From NCBI GenBank assembly GCA_963804085.1, contig CAWDOQ010000008.1:1-54227 (forward strand): 54,227 nt of DNA, given 5' to 3'. Positions 20,469 through 30,721 of the stretch are shown piece by piece; position 1 is the stretch's first letter, and every line of letters starts with the position of its first letter. This stretch comes from Chlamydiia bacterium (GTDB lineage: Bacteria > Chlamydiota > Chlamydiia > Chlamydiales > Rhabdochlamydiaceae). The notes below the pieces were generated by a model. The model ran no database searches and was not told where the DNA came from. It was given only the letters and a program-made list of their open reading frames with translations. A program made the position numbers and the translations under genes.

Positions 20469-22583
20469 CTAAACTCCAGCTTTCTGAGGAAGAGGAAGCA
20501 GTGCCTTACGGCTAAGCTTAATCTGTCCACGGTCATTGACGTCCAGCACCTTCACTTCCATGGTGTCGCCCTCTTTGCAGACGTCGCGTACGTTTTGGAC
20601 GCGTTGATGAGCAAGTTCGGAGACGTGGCAGAGTCCTTCCTTGCCGGGGAGGATTTCGACGAAGCAGCCAAAGTCTACGACCGAGACGACAGTGCCTGTG
20701 TAGGTCTTGCCGATCTCTGCATCTGCGGTAAGTCCCCAGATGATCTGTTTAGCTCTTTCCATCGATTCAGTTGATGTAGCCGATATGCTGACAATACCGC
20801 TGTCGTTAATATCGATCTGTGCGCCTGTCTCTTCGACGATGGCACGGATCTGTTTGCCGCCAGGACCGATGACAATGCCGATCTTGCTAGGCTTGATCTG
20901 CATCGTTTCGATACGTGGTGCGTAGACGGAGAGCTCTTCTTTGGCTTTTGGGCATACTTCGATCATCTTTTGCAAGATGTGGAGTCTTCCCTGCTTTGCT
21001 TGCGCAAGAGCGGCTTGCATGATCTGATGGGTGATCCCTTCAACTTTAATATCGAGTTGGAATGCGGTGATCCCTTTGGCGTCGCCTGCAATTTTAAAGT
21101 CCATGTCGCCGAGGGCATCTTCTGCACCTAGAATGTCGGATAAGATCGCATAATGGTCGCCTTCGAGAATGAGGCCCATCGCGATACCCGCAATCGGGTG
21201 GCGGATAGGCACGCCTGCATCCATAAGGGATAGGCAGCCGCCGCAGACGGAGGCCATCGAAGAGGAGCCGTTCGACTCTGTGATATTCGATTCAAGACGG
21301 ATCGTGTAGGGGAAGCTCTCCTGATTGGGCAAGGTGATGGCAAGGGCGCGCTCGGCAAGTTTGCCGTGGCCGATCTCGCGTCTTCCTGGGGTGCCCATGC
21401 GGCCCACCTCTCCTACAGAGAAGGGGGGGAAGGAGTATTGTAGATAGAATCTACGTGTATTGTCGCCTTCCAAATCTTCGTAGCGCTGCGCCATCGTTGC
21501 GCCGCCGAGTGTCGTGACAGCAAGAGCCTGTGTCTCGCCGCGTGTAAAGAGGGCGCTTCCGTGTGTTCTTGGCAGAACGCCGGTTTCGATGGCAATCGGG
21601 CGGATCTGGTCGCAGGTACGGCCGTCGCTGCGTTTGTTCTCTTTTAAGATCATCAGACGCATATGATGCGCTTGCACCTTTTTGAAGGCTGCGAGAACGT
21701 CGAGTTTGGGATGTGTGCCGCTGCCATCTTCGGGAAGAAGTGTTTCTAAAACCAGCTTAGACGCTGCAGCAATGGCTTCTTCGCGTGCCTTTTTTTCTTT
21801 GATTTTAAAAGCTTCTTTTAAGGTTTTGCCAACTAGTTTTTCAACTTCGTGCAGCAGCTCTTTCGAAGGTAAGCGCAGCTTGCCTACGACTTTGGGTTTA
21901 CCCAATGTGCGCTGCCAGTCTTGCAAGCCTTGGCAGATCTGCTTGATCGCCACGTGGCCCTCTTCGACCGCTTCCAAGATCTGCTCTTCTGTCAGAAACT
22001 CGCAGTAGCCTTCGATCATTAAGATGGCGTCTTCTGTACCGGCTAAGATAAGGTCGAGCTGAGACTTTTTTCTGCTCTTCCATTGTCGGATTGATAATAA
22101 ATTCGCCATTGATAAGACCTACGCGCACAGCGCCGACAGGCTTGATGAGCGGGATTTCGGAGATTGTTAGTGCTGCGGATGCGGCGCAAATAGCGAGAGG
22201 ATCGGGAGAGTGGATGCCATCATAAGAGAGGACATAAGCTAAAACTTGAACCTCATTATAATAGCCATCTTCGAACATCGGTCTTAAAGGGCGGTCGATG
22301 AGTCGGCAGGTTAATATCTCTTTTTCTGTAGGGCGTCCTTCTCGTTTGATAAAACCGCCTAGCGTTTTTCCGGCGGAGGAGAACTTCTCCTGGTAGTCGA
22401 CTCTGAGAGGAAAGAAGTCGATGTTTTCTGCTGCCTGGGGAGCTGCGCAAGCGGTAGATAGGACGATTGTTTCGCCCGATTGGAGGATAACCGCTCCGCC
22501 CGCTTGTCTTGCGATTTTTCCTGTTTTAAATGTCGATCCCGTCCGCCGATTGAGAGGGTCATTGTCTGTTCTTTGAGTTGCAT
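20469..22583 (-). CDS. pnp: Polyribonucleotide nucleotidyltransferase (two apparent frameshifts, near 22535 and 22066-22071)
   Basis: [40 protein letters not shown] and S1 domains; N-terminal part lies in adjacent frames. Confidence 0.96.
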
Positions 22584-22611
22584 GAGAGCTCCTTAAGAGG
22601 TTTAAATTGGT

Positions 22612-22723
22612 GTTACGGAGGATGAACTGACCATTTTTAAAAGTTAAAATTTAACTTTTACAAAGGACACTTCATCCTCAAAAAATTATGTAACGGAAGT
22701 GCCCGAAAACATGATCCGGGCAC
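22612..22723 (-). promoter_or_regulatory. rpsO-pnp intergenic hairpins (terminator-like hairpin and long stem in the pnp leader)
   Basis: AGTGCCCG...CGGGCACT (22698-22723) and GAGGATGAA...AAAAGTTAAA.TTTAACTTTT...TTCATCCTC (22618-22679). Confidence 0.55.
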
Positions 22724-22759
22724 TATATCAATATGGGAAAATAAGTGGCAATAAAAGAA

Positions 22760-23029
22760 TTACTTACGTAGGTTCAAGCGTACAATTAAATTTTGATAGC
22801 GCTTGGTATCCGTAGAATTGAGATAATCGAGGAGCTTGCGTCTTTGCCCAACTAGTTTGAGCAAGGAGAGCCTCGAATTATGGTCTTTAGGAGCAAGTTT
22901 AAGGTGCTCCGTAAGCTCAGCGATTCTTTCAGTTAAAATAGCGATTTGAACATCAGCAGAACCGGTGTCTTTTTCGTGTAACTGAAACTTTTTAGTGATC
23001 TCTTCTTTGGTGCCTTTGTCTAAAGACAT
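22760..23029 (-). CDS. rpsO: 30S ribosomal protein S15
   Basis: [13 protein letters not shown]...KDHNSR...LVGQRRKLL. Confidence 0.98.
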   Translation of the reverse strand: MSLDKGTKEEITKKFQLHEKDTGSADVQIAILTERIAELTEHLKLAPKDHNSRLSLLKLVGQRRKLLDYLNSTDTKRYQNLIVRLNLRK

Positions 23030-23157
23030 GTAACTGTCTTCCGAGATTGCAATTGGATTACATAAATGATTCAGTCAGAACTCTAACACATCGCCTTTTG
23101 TCGATCAACCTCGAAATAATTTTGACCTCCTTTGCCTCATTTGGTAAATTGCTGGCC

Positions 23158-23634
23158 ATGGAGAAGGACACACTATTCATGCAAGAGGCTTTGCAAGAGG
23201 CGAAAAAAGCCTTTGAGAGGGGAGAGGTTCCTGTAGGAGCTGTACTCGTCTACGAAGGCGCAGTATTGCCAGAGCCCACAATCAGATCGAAGAGCACAAG
23301 GACGCTTCTCGGCATGCAGAGCTGCTCTGTTTGCAAGAGGGGGCGCGTATCTTCAAGAACTGGCGCCTTTAAGGATACAACACTCTACTCCACATTAGAG
23401 CCGTGCTGCATGTGTGCGGGCGCAATGCTGCTTGCACGCATCTCAACGCTTGTCTGGGGCGCGCGCGACATCCGCCATGGTGCACACGGCAGCTGGGTCG
23501 ACATCTTAGGAAAGACACATCCCACTCATAGTATTGAGATCAGGAGCGGAGTTTTACAAGAGGAGGCGAGCGAGCTTATGCGCGCTTTCTTTCGAAAAAG
23601 GAGAGGAAGAATGAGAGCCTATTTGATGAGATGA
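23158..23634 (+). CDS. tadA: tRNA adenosine(34) deaminase (two compensating frameshifts, ~23264 and ~23370)
   Basis: GEVPVGAV and TLEPCCMCAGA are in the main frame; AHNQIEEHKDASRHAELLCL...NWRL (HAE motif) is in the alternative frame. Confidence 0.9.
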   Translation: MEKDTLFMQEALQEAKKAFERGEVPVGAVLVYEGAVLPEPTIRSKSTRTLLGMQSCSVCKRGRVSSRTGAFKDTTLYSTLEPCCMCAGAMLLARISTLVWGARDIRHGAHGSWVDILGKTHPTHSIEIRSGVLQEEASELMRAFFRKRRGRMRAYLMR

Positions 23635-23817
23635 TTGCTGAACAGAGAAGAAGGTGATGCGCTGCGCCGAGCAAATCGTACCCAATATTACAGAAGATGA
23701 TCTTCTTCAGCCCAATGATTTTCCTCTGCTCGAAAATCATCCTCATTTCGCTACGAAGAGGGAGTGCTCGAGGGACTCCTCACTGCTCGGATGGCATTCC
23801 TGGCGTCTCAAAAATAA
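23611..23817 (+). CDS. Small conserved chlamydial hypothetical protein (frameshifted)
   Basis: PNITEDDLLQPNDFPLLENHPHF continues as RYEEGVLEGLLTARMAFLASQK* in another frame; position after tadA matches Chlamydia gene order. Confidence 0.6.
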
Positions 23818-24770
23818 CGTGCCTGTGCCCGTGCCTCTGCCTGTGCCCGATCCGGATTAATTCGGGCAGAGGCACGATCTACTTCTGCTTCTTCTTCCTT
23901 TTTAGAAATTCGCCTTAGGCGCCATCTTTCGCGCCGAGTAAGGCTCTTTTTCCCATAAAGCGAGATCTTAGAAAGCATAGCATCTAAAAACTCTTCATCA
24001 TTTAAGATCGCCTGTCCTGTTTTAAAGTCGTAAATTTTTGCGCGTGCATTAGGCGGCATAGCTGCCTTGCGTTTACCAACAAGGATCTTCTCAAGAGGGC
24101 GTAGGGAGGCAAATGGGCTGGGGATTTTCCAGATGGCCACCGGATAGAGGTAGCCGAAAATCGCACCGGCTAAATAGGCGATAGCGTGTTGCCAGTCTCC
24201 TGTTGAGACATCGATGAGCAGGTTGGCTGCTAAAATAGTTAAAACAAGAGATTTGGCTTTGAGAGGCATCCCAACAAGCAGGAGGATCTGGGCTTCTGGA
24301 TTAAGGATGAGCCAGGTGATCAGGAGGCTGTAGAGGACAGCCGTATTGCCGGAGAAGGGGAGCTGAGAGCCAAAGAGGGTCTGGGCGCCGAAAAGAACCA
24401 GGCCGACAAAAATGCCGGATAAAAAATAAAAGGAGAGGAAGGATGCAGCCCCTCTCTTTTCTAAAAGGGCGGATCCCACAATCCATATCAAATAAAGGTT
24501 GAACGCGAGCGAGAAGAGAAAGGAGAAGGAGACCCCCTGCGCAAAGGGGTGAACAAAGATGTAAGTGAAAAATTGCCAAAAGAAGTAGTGGCTAATCCCC
24601 CAGCGCGAGAGGCTGAACCAGTCATAAGGGCTAGACCAGCCTAATACCTGTGGAAAGAAGTTGTTGAATAGGGCGGCAAATAGGCTTATGCCCAGCGTCC
24701 AGAGAAGAAGATATTTGAGTGCTTTCTGCGTCCGATTGGGACCGAAGCGATAGTGGGGTGTATGGCTCAT
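23808..24770 (-). CDS. Rhomboid-like membrane protein
   Basis: WQFFTYIFVH, multiple TM helices, C-terminal LDAMLSKISLYGKKSLT; the last residues run through a repeat element. Confidence 0.7.
   Translation of the reverse strand: MSHTPHYRFGPNRTQKALKYLLLWTLGISLFAALFNNFFPQVLGWSSPYDWFSLSRWGISHYFFWQFFTYIFVHPFAQGVSFSFLFSLAFNLYLIWIVGSALLEKRGAASFLSFYFLSGIFVGLVLFGAQTLFGSQLPFSGNTAVLYSLLITWLILNPEAQILLLVGMPLKAKSLVLTILAANLLIDVSTGDWQHAIAYLAGAIFGYLYPVAIWKIPSPFASLRPLEKILVGKRKAAMPPNARAKIYDFKTGQAILNDEEFLDAMLSKISLYGKKSLTRRERWRLRRISKKEEEAEVDRASARINPDRAQAEARAQARYF
23818..23876. repeat. Hexamer (GTGCCC)n palindrome with core CCCGATCCGGATTAATTCGGG
   Basis: Direct reading; one of five family members in the window. 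Confidence 0.9.
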
Positions 24771-24870
24771 CTCTGCATATTAACTAATCGCTGAAAAAAA
24801 TGCTTGTTTTTTAATGGGGTTATCGGCTTAAAATCTATCCAGTTAACAAGAGACATTCAAAGGTATACAT

Positions 24871-25215
24871 ATGAAAAAACAAGGCCATCCACCGTATCAG
24901 GAAGTTCTTTTTGTAGATTCTTCAACAGGCTTCAAGTTTATTTGCGGCAGCACGCTTCAACCTAAAGAGAAAGAGGTGTACGAAGGAAAAGAGTATCCGG
25001 TCTATCGCGTTCCGGTCTCCTCCGCATCTCATCCCTTTTTCACAGGCAGCAAGCAGCTCATCGACTCAGAAGGTAGAGTTGATAAGTTTAAAAAACGCTA
25101 CAGCATGAAAAAAGTGGAAAAAGTAGAAGAGGCAGCTCCTAAGACAACTAAGGAGAAGGCCCCAGCAAAAAAAGCTGCAGAGAAAAAGCCCGCTAAGAAA
25201 AAAGCAGCTACTTAA
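24871..25215 (+). CDS. rpmE: 50S ribosomal protein L31 type B
   Basis: MKKQGHP...[11 protein letters not shown]...[13 protein letters not shown]; lacks the CxC/CxxC zinc motifs; Lys/Ala tail. Confidence 0.95.
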   Translation: MKKQGHPPYQEVLFVDSSTGFKFICGSTLQPKEKEVYEGKEYPVYRVPVSSASHPFFTGSKQLIDSEGRVDKFKKRYSMKKVEKVEEAAPKTTKEKAPAKKAAEKKPAKKKAAT

Positions 25216-25227
25216 CAAATCTAAATC

Positions 25228-26295
25228 ATGGAAGAGCGGATCCGCAAGCTCCTCGCTCGCTTTGGCGAGGTCGAGGAGCTGATGGGACAAAGCGAAACTT
25301 TAGCTGACCAGAAGCGGTACCGCGAGCTTGCGCAAGAGCACTCCTATCTCTCACAGATCAAAAATTGCTGGCAGAAGCATGGGACTGCACTGAAGCAGCT
25401 CGATGAAAACCTCCTTTTGCTCAAAGAGGAGAAGGATCCCGAATTTATAGAGGTGATCCGCGCGGAGATCGCTCAACTCGAGCGCACCGTGCAGGTGGAA
25501 CGCGCAGTACTAGAGAATCTCCTTGTTCCTCCCGATCCACGAGACAGCCGTACAATAATTCTAGAACTGCGCGCAGGAACCGGCGGCGACGAGGCTGCTA
25601 TTTTTGTGGGCGACTGTGTGCGCATGTACAAATCTTATGCCGAGAAGAAGGGGTGGAAGCACGAGCTCTTCTCTTGTACGCCGTCTGAAAGGGGAGGGTA
25701 CAAAGAGCATATCATGGTTCTCTCTGGCACAAATGTTTTTCGCTTTATGCAATATGAGGCAGGAACGCACCGCGTGCAGCGCGTCCCCGATACAGAGACG
25801 CAAGGGCGCGTGCACACCTCTGCAATCACCGTAGCTGTTTTGATGGAGCCGGATGAAGAGGAGCAGGTTGTACTCGATGAGAGGGAGCTTAAGATTGATA
25901 CCTACCGCGCATCGGGAGCGGGCGGCCAGCACGTCAATACGACCGACTCGGCTGTGCGCATCACTCACCTTCCAACAGGAACCGTCGTCTACTGCCAAGA
26001 AGAGCGCAGCCAGCACAAAAATAAAGATAAGGCGATGCGTCTTCTCTCTGCAAAAATCGCAGAAGAAAAAAGGCGCAAAGCCGATGAGGAGATGGCAAAC
26101 CTGCGCTCCTCGCAAGTGGGAAGCGGCGATAGATCCGAGCGGATCCGCACCTACAACTTTCCTCAGAATCGCGTGACTGATCATCGCATCGATCTCACTC
26201 TTTATAAGCTCGACAGAGTGATGGAAGGGGATCTCGATGATATTACTCAGCCGCTTGTTGCGCATTTTTATCAGGAGAGACTTGCGGGGGATTAA
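25228..26295 (+). CDS. prfA: Peptide chain release factor 1
   Basis: RVQRVPDTE (PxT), [22 protein letters not shown]. Confidence 0.97.
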   Translation: MEERIRKLLARFGEVEELMGQSETLADQKRYRELAQEHSYLSQIKNCWQKHGTALKQLDENLLLLKEEKDPEFIEVIRAEIAQLERTVQVERAVLENLLVPPDPRDSRTIILELRAGTGGDEAAIFVGDCVRMYKSYAEKKGWKHELFSCTPSERGGYKEHIMVLSGTNVFRFMQYEAGTHRVQRVPDTETQGRVHTSAITVAVLMEPDEEEQVVLDERELKIDTYRASGAGGQHVNTTDSAVRITHLPTGTVVYCQEERSQHKNKDKAMRLLSAKIAEEKRRKADEEMANLRSSQVGSGDRSERIRTYNFPQNRVTDHRIDLTLYKLDRVMEGDLDDITQPLVAHFYQERLAGD

Positions 26296-26305
26296 ATCTT
26301 AATTA

Positions 26306-26382
26306 CGCGCCCGCTTCCGCGCCCGCATGCGCGCCCGATCCGGATTAATTCGGGCGCGCATGCGGGCGCGGAAGCGGGCGCG
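26306..26382. repeat. Perfect 33-bp-arm palindrome of the GATCCGGATTAATT-core family
   Basis: CGCGCCCGCTTCCGCGCCCGCATGCGCGCCCGA-tccggattaat-exact reverse complement. Confidence 0.9.
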
Positions 26383-26397
26383 AAGGAAGAGAAGAAT

Positions 26398-27246
26398 ATG
26401 AAAACGATTGGCGAGATACTAAAGTTGTCGGTTCAGTTTCTTGAAGAGCGCGGTATCAAACGCGCAAGGCGAGAGGTTGAAGAGATTCTTGCGCATCTGC
26501 TTCAAAAAAAGCGGATAGACCTTTACATGCACTTTGAGCTTCCAATGCAAGAAAGGGAGCTGGAAACTCTGCGCTCCCATTTAAAGCGAAGAGCGAAAAA
26601 CGAGCCGGTCGCCTATATTTTAGGAGAGATTCCTTTTTTTCACTGTTCGATTCTAACAACATCATCCGCGCTCATTCCTAGGCAAGAGACGGAGATTTTG
26701 CTCAGCAAAGTCGCTGAAAAGCTCGAAAAACAAAATTTGGAAGGCAAGATAGCGTGGGATATCTGCACAGGTTCTGGCTGCTTGGGGATAGGACTTAAAA
26801 AAAAGTTTCCGGTGTTAGATGTCTCTCTTTCCGACCTCTCCACGGATGCCCTAGCGCTTGCAAAAAAAAATGCTGAGAGAAACGGGGTAGCTGCTTCTTT
26901 CTATCAGGGCGACCTTCTGGAGCCGTTTAAAGGCAAAAAGGCGGACTTTATCCTCTGTAACCCACCCTATGTCCGCGAAGAGGAGTATGCAGCATTGGAC
27001 GCCAGCGTACGCGACTTTGAACCGCGTCTAGCGCTAGTAGGCGGCAGTAGCGGCCTTGAGTTTTATGCGCGCCTTGCCAAGGAGCTTCCGGCACATTTAA
27101 ACCCCCATGCACAACTTTTTTTAGAGATCGGTACGGGCCAAGGAGAGCAGGTCTTAGCCCTTTTTCAAGAAAGTTGTTGGAAGGAAAAGAAGATAGAAAA
27201 AGACTGGGCAGGGCACGATCGCTTCTTTTTCCTTGAATTTCAATGA
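26398..27246 (+). CDS. prmC: Release factor glutamine methyltransferase
   Basis: EPVAYILG, LIPRQETE, DICTGSG, NPPY. Confidence 0.95.
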   Translation: MKTIGEILKLSVQFLEERGIKRARREVEEILAHLLQKKRIDLYMHFELPMQERELETLRSHLKRRAKNEPVAYILGEIPFFHCSILTTSSALIPRQETEILLSKVAEKLEKQNLEGKIAWDICTGSGCLGIGLKKKFPVLDVSLSDLSTDALALAKKNAERNGVAASFYQGDLLEPFKGKKADFILCNPPYVREEEYAALDASVRDFEPRLALVGGSSGLEFYARLAKELPAHLNPHAQLFLEIGTGQGEQVLALFQESCWKEKKIEKDWAGHDRFFFLEFQ

Positions 27247-27271
27247 TTTTCTCAATTATTCTTCACAGCGC

Positions 27272-28591
27272 ATGTTTTCAACCTTAACAGCTAAATTTCA
27301 GGAGCTTTTTTCTGGGCTTGCCCCAAAAAAGAAGCTCACCGAGGAGAATATCGCAGATGCCGTAAGAGAGGTGCGTCTTGCGCTATTGGATGCTGACGTA
27401 AATTATGGCGTCGCAAGCCAATTGGTGAAGCGCCTCAAAGAACGCGCGTTGGGTGATGAGGTTTTAAAATCGGTAGCTCCGGGCGAGCAGTTTATCAAGC
27501 TGGTCCACGATGCTCTCGTTGAGCTCATGGGAACGACCGAAGCTGCTTTAAATTTGGATGGCTCTCCCGCTGTGATTTTGATGTGTGGTCTTCAGGGAGC
27601 CGGTAAAACGACACACTCGGCAAAGCTCGCCGCTTACTTGAAGAAAAAAGAGCACAATAAAAAGACGCTGCTAGCAGCGTGCGATCTTAAAAGACCAGCT
27701 GCTGTCGAACAGTTAAGACGTCTTGCGGAAGTGAGCGAGACGCCCTTCTTTTCAATCGAAGGGGAGACAAGTCCGCTCAAAGTGGCAAAAGAGGCGCATG
27801 CATTAGCCAAAAAAGAGAACTTTGACGTGCTCATTCTCGATACTGCAGGACGCCTGCATATCGACGAGGAGCTGATGCAAGAATTAAAAGAGATTAAAGC
27901 GCTTACAAACCCGCACGAAGTGCTCTTTGTAGCAAGCGCGATGACGGGCCAAGATGCGGTGAAAACTGCGCAAGAATTTGACAAGCACATCGGGATAACC
28001 GGCACGATTCTCACGATGCTCGATGGCAATGCGCGCGCAGGTGCGGCACTTTCCATTCGCGAGGTGACTGGCAAGCCGATCAAGTTTGAAGGGATTGGCG
28101 AGAAGATCTCTGACATCCAGCTCTTCAATCCCGAATCGATGGCAGATCGCATTTTGGGGATGGGCGATGTGATCAACTTGGTGAAAAAAGCTGAGGAGTT
28201 TCACGACGAAGAGGAGAGCAAGAAGCTTGAGAAGAAGCTCAAGAAAGCAGCTTTCACTTACGACGACTATTTGCGTCAGATGTCGATGGTCAAGAAGATG
28301 GGCTCGTTTAAGAGCCTGATGAAGATGCTTCCGGGTGCGCCCGAGATGGAAGAGGAGATCGACCTTTCCGAGAAGGAGTTTGTGCGCACAGAGGCGATAA
28401 TCCTGTCGATGACGGGTGAGGAGCGTGAAGAGCGCGTCGAGCTTATCCCAAACAGGCGCCGGCGCATCGCAAAAGGTAGCGGCACTTCGATTGACGAAGT
28501 AAACCGAATGGTGAAAAATTTTAAGAGACTTAAACAATTTTGCAAAGAGATGCCTAAAATGGGCAAAAAGGAGAATTCTTTATGGCGTTAA
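27272..28591 (+). CDS. ffh: Signal recognition particle protein
   Basis: GLQGAGKTT, DTAGR, ARAGAALS, M domain RRRRIAKGSG. Confidence 0.97.
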   Translation: MFSTLTAKFQELFSGLAPKKKLTEENIADAVREVRLALLDADVNYGVASQLVKRLKERALGDEVLKSVAPGEQFIKLVHDALVELMGTTEAALNLDGSPAVILMCGLQGAGKTTHSAKLAAYLKKKEHNKKTLLAACDLKRPAAVEQLRRLAEVSETPFFSIEGETSPLKVAKEAHALAKKENFDVLILDTAGRLHIDEELMQELKEIKALTNPHEVLFVASAMTGQDAVKTAQEFDKHIGITGTILTMLDGNARAGAALSIREVTGKPIKFEGIGEKISDIQLFNPESMADRILGMGDVINLVKKAEEFHDEEESKKLEKKLKKAAFTYDDYLRQMSMVKKMGSFKSLMKMLPGAPEMEEEIDLSEKEFVRTEAIILSMTGEEREERVELIPNRRRRIAKGSGTSIDEVNRMVKNFKRLKQFCKEMPKMGKKENSLWR

Positions 28592-28986
28592 AAATACGCA
28601 TGCGTCAGCAAGGGCGCACAAACCGTCAAACATTTCGCTTAGTGGTCGTAGATGGTAGATCTAAGCGCGATGGTAAGTATTTAGAGATGCTCGGATGGTA
28701 TATCCCATTCCAAGCAGAAAACAACTTTTCTGTGAACGCAGAGCGCGTCGCATATTGGCTCTCCAAAGGAGCGCAGATCTCTGATCAGGTTAAATTCCTG
28801 GTGGAAAAAGCTGCTCCCGATGTGATGAAGAGCTACACAGAGCAGATGAGCACACGCCGTACAAAACGTGCAGCTCAAAGAAGAGGGTCGAAGAAAGTAG
28901 AAGCAAAAGCAAAAGCTCCTGCTGCTAAAGCGCCAGCAAAGACAGCAGCAAAAGCCCCTGCAAAGGCAAAAGCTGCAAAGAAGTAG
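28582..28986 (+). CDS. rpsP: 30S ribosomal protein S16
   Basis: MALKIRM...RDGKYLEMLGWY...WLSKGAQ; Ala/Lys/Pro tail. Confidence 0.96.
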   Translation: MALKIRMRQQGRTNRQTFRLVVVDGRSKRDGKYLEMLGWYIPFQAENNFSVNAERVAYWLSKGAQISDQVKFLVEKAAPDVMKSYTEQMSTRRTKRAAQRRGSKKVEAKAKAPAAKAPAKTAAKAPAKAKAAKK

Positions 28987-28995
28987 TTGAGAACG

Positions 28996-29664
28996 ATGGA
29001 TATTGATATCCTTTCGCTTTTTCCCGACTACTTTGACGGGCCTTTTCGAGTCAGCATGCTCAAGCGTGCACAAGAGAAGGGGCTCCTCAAGATCGAGCTG
29101 TGCGACATTCGGGATTTTGCAGAGGATAAGCATCATAAGGTGGACGATCGCCCCTTTGGAGGCGGCCCCGGAATGGTGCTGATGCCAGGACCTGTCACTC
29201 GCGCGATCCGCAGCCGAAAAAAAGAGGGCTCGCGTGTGATCTACCTATCGCCGCAAGGCGAGAAGCTGAGTGCCAAGGTTTGCGAAAGGCTGAGTAAGTA
29301 TCCGCACCTCATCTTAGTCTGTGGACACTACGAGGGGATGGATGAGCGGGTTGTGGACCAAGAGATAGACGAAGAGATAAGCATCGGGGACTATGTCCTC
29401 ACCAGCGGCTGTTCTGCAGCTGTGGTGCTAGTGGATGCAGTAGCGCGCTTTATTCCCGGCGTTCTCGGCCACGAAGAGGCAGCAGCGCAAGACTCCTTTC
29501 AAGAAGGGGTGTTTGATGCGCCGCACTACACCAAGCCGGTGGAGTTTGAAGGGCGAGAGGTCCCAAAGGTGCTTAGAGATGGTAACCATGCTGAAATTCG
29601 CAAATGGCGAAAAGCAAAAGCGTTAGAAAAAACAAAAAGAGTAAGACCAGATTTATTAGTTTAG
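28996..29664 (+). CDS. trmD: tRNA (guanine37-N1)-methyltransferase
   Basis: VDDRPFGGGPGMV, CGHYEG, SIGDYVLT. Confidence 0.97.
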   Translation: MDIDILSLFPDYFDGPFRVSMLKRAQEKGLLKIELCDIRDFAEDKHHKVDDRPFGGGPGMVLMPGPVTRAIRSRKKEGSRVIYLSPQGEKLSAKVCERLSKYPHLILVCGHYEGMDERVVDQEIDEEISIGDYVLTSGCSAAVVLVDAVARFIPGVLGHEEAAAQDSFQEGVFDAPHYTKPVEFEGREVPKVLRDGNHAEIRKWRKAKALEKTKRVRPDLLV

Positions 29665-29675
29665 GAGACGAGAGT

Positions 29676-30065
29676 ATGAAGCAGTGTCAAGTGATCCAAG
29701 AGATCGAAAAAGATCAGATTAAAAATGATATCCCCGCATTTCGCGTAGGAGATACCATCAGCGTCCACACACGCATCATCGAAGGCGATAAGGAGCGTAT
29801 CCAGCTCTTTACAGGCACCGTGATTGCAAAACGTGGAAGCGGCATTTCCGAAACAGTGGCGCTCTATCGCTACTCTTACGGCGCAGGAATCGAGAGAGTA
29901 TTTCCTCTCCATAGCCCTAAAATTGCTAAGATCGAAGTGGTGAAGAGTGGTAAAGTGCGCAAGAGCAAACTCTACTACCTCCGCGGCACTTCAGGAAGAG
30001 CTTCTAAGGTCGAAGAGAAGATCTTAGTGGAAAGAGAAGTTGCGGCAGAGCCTGCAGCTACTTGA
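29676..30065 (+). CDS. rplS: 50S ribosomal protein L19
   Basis: FRVGDT, EGDKERIQ, GKVRKSKLYYLR; AGGAG RBS. Confidence 0.97.
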   Translation: MKQCQVIQEIEKDQIKNDIPAFRVGDTISVHTRIIEGDKERIQLFTGTVIAKRGSGISETVALYRYSYGAGIERVFPLHSPKIAKIEVVKSGKVRKSKLYYLRGTSGRASKVEEKILVEREVAAEPAAT

Positions 30066-30721
30066 GCGCTTCTCTTCCCAATTGGGACTTTGAAACGCGT
30101 GCCAGACAAAGAGGGTATACTGCGATAGCAGGTGTGGACGAAGCGGGCCGTGGCCCGCTCGCCGGACCTGTGGTTGCTTGTGCCTGTATCCTGCCCCAAA
30201 ATCTTGCGATCGATGGCGTGAATGATAGCAAAAAGCTAACTCCCTTAAAACGCGCCGCTATCTATAAAATTCTCACAGAAAATCCTGAGATCGCCTATGC
30301 AGTGAGCATAGTCGATGCGGATGAGATCGATAAGATCAACATCCTACAAGCGACATTCAAAGCCATGCAGCTCGCTGTCTTCCTTCTCAAAACACGCCCC
30401 GACTACATTTTAGTCGACGGCAATAAGCACCCCGACTTTTCCATTCCAGCCGAAGCGATTGTAAAAGGGGATAGCCTCTCTCAGTCGATCGCCTGCGCCT
30501 CCATCATCGCCAAAGAAACACGCGATGCGATCATGCTGCGTTACCATCTCCAGTGGCCCGAGTTTGGCTTCGATAGGCATAAAGGTTATGGAACAGAGGA
30601 GCATCTTCGAGCTCTTGCTCTTCATGGGCCCCGTCCTATTCATCGCAAAACCTTCGAGCCTGTTAACAAAGTCTGTAACGTGCCCGTGCCTCTGCCCGTG
30701 CCCTTACCCGATCCGAATTAA
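30062..30721 (+). CDS. rnhB: Ribonuclease HII
   Basis: GVDEAGRGPLAGPV, DSKKL, VDGN, KGD, HKGYGT. Confidence 0.97.
   Translation: MSASLPNWDFETRARQRGYTAIAGVDEAGRGPLAGPVVACACILPQNLAIDGVNDSKKLTPLKRAAIYKILTENPEIAYAVSIVDADEIDKINILQATFKAMQLAVFLLKTRPDYILVDGNKHPDFSIPAEAIVKGDSLSQSIACASIIAKETRDAIMLRYHLQWPEFGFDRHKGYGTEEHLRALALHGPRPIHRKTFEPVNKVCNVPVPLPVPLPDPN

Noticed and set aside
22060-22540. Programmed frameshifting or true pseudogenisation of pnp and tadA
   Set aside because: Indels are clustered across several adjacent unrelated genes, one in a homopolymer run; sequencing error is the simpler explanation.
25110-28986. Lys/Ala-rich tails on L31 and S16 as a novelty
   Set aside because: Such low-complexity extensions are common on these ribosomal proteins in several phyla.
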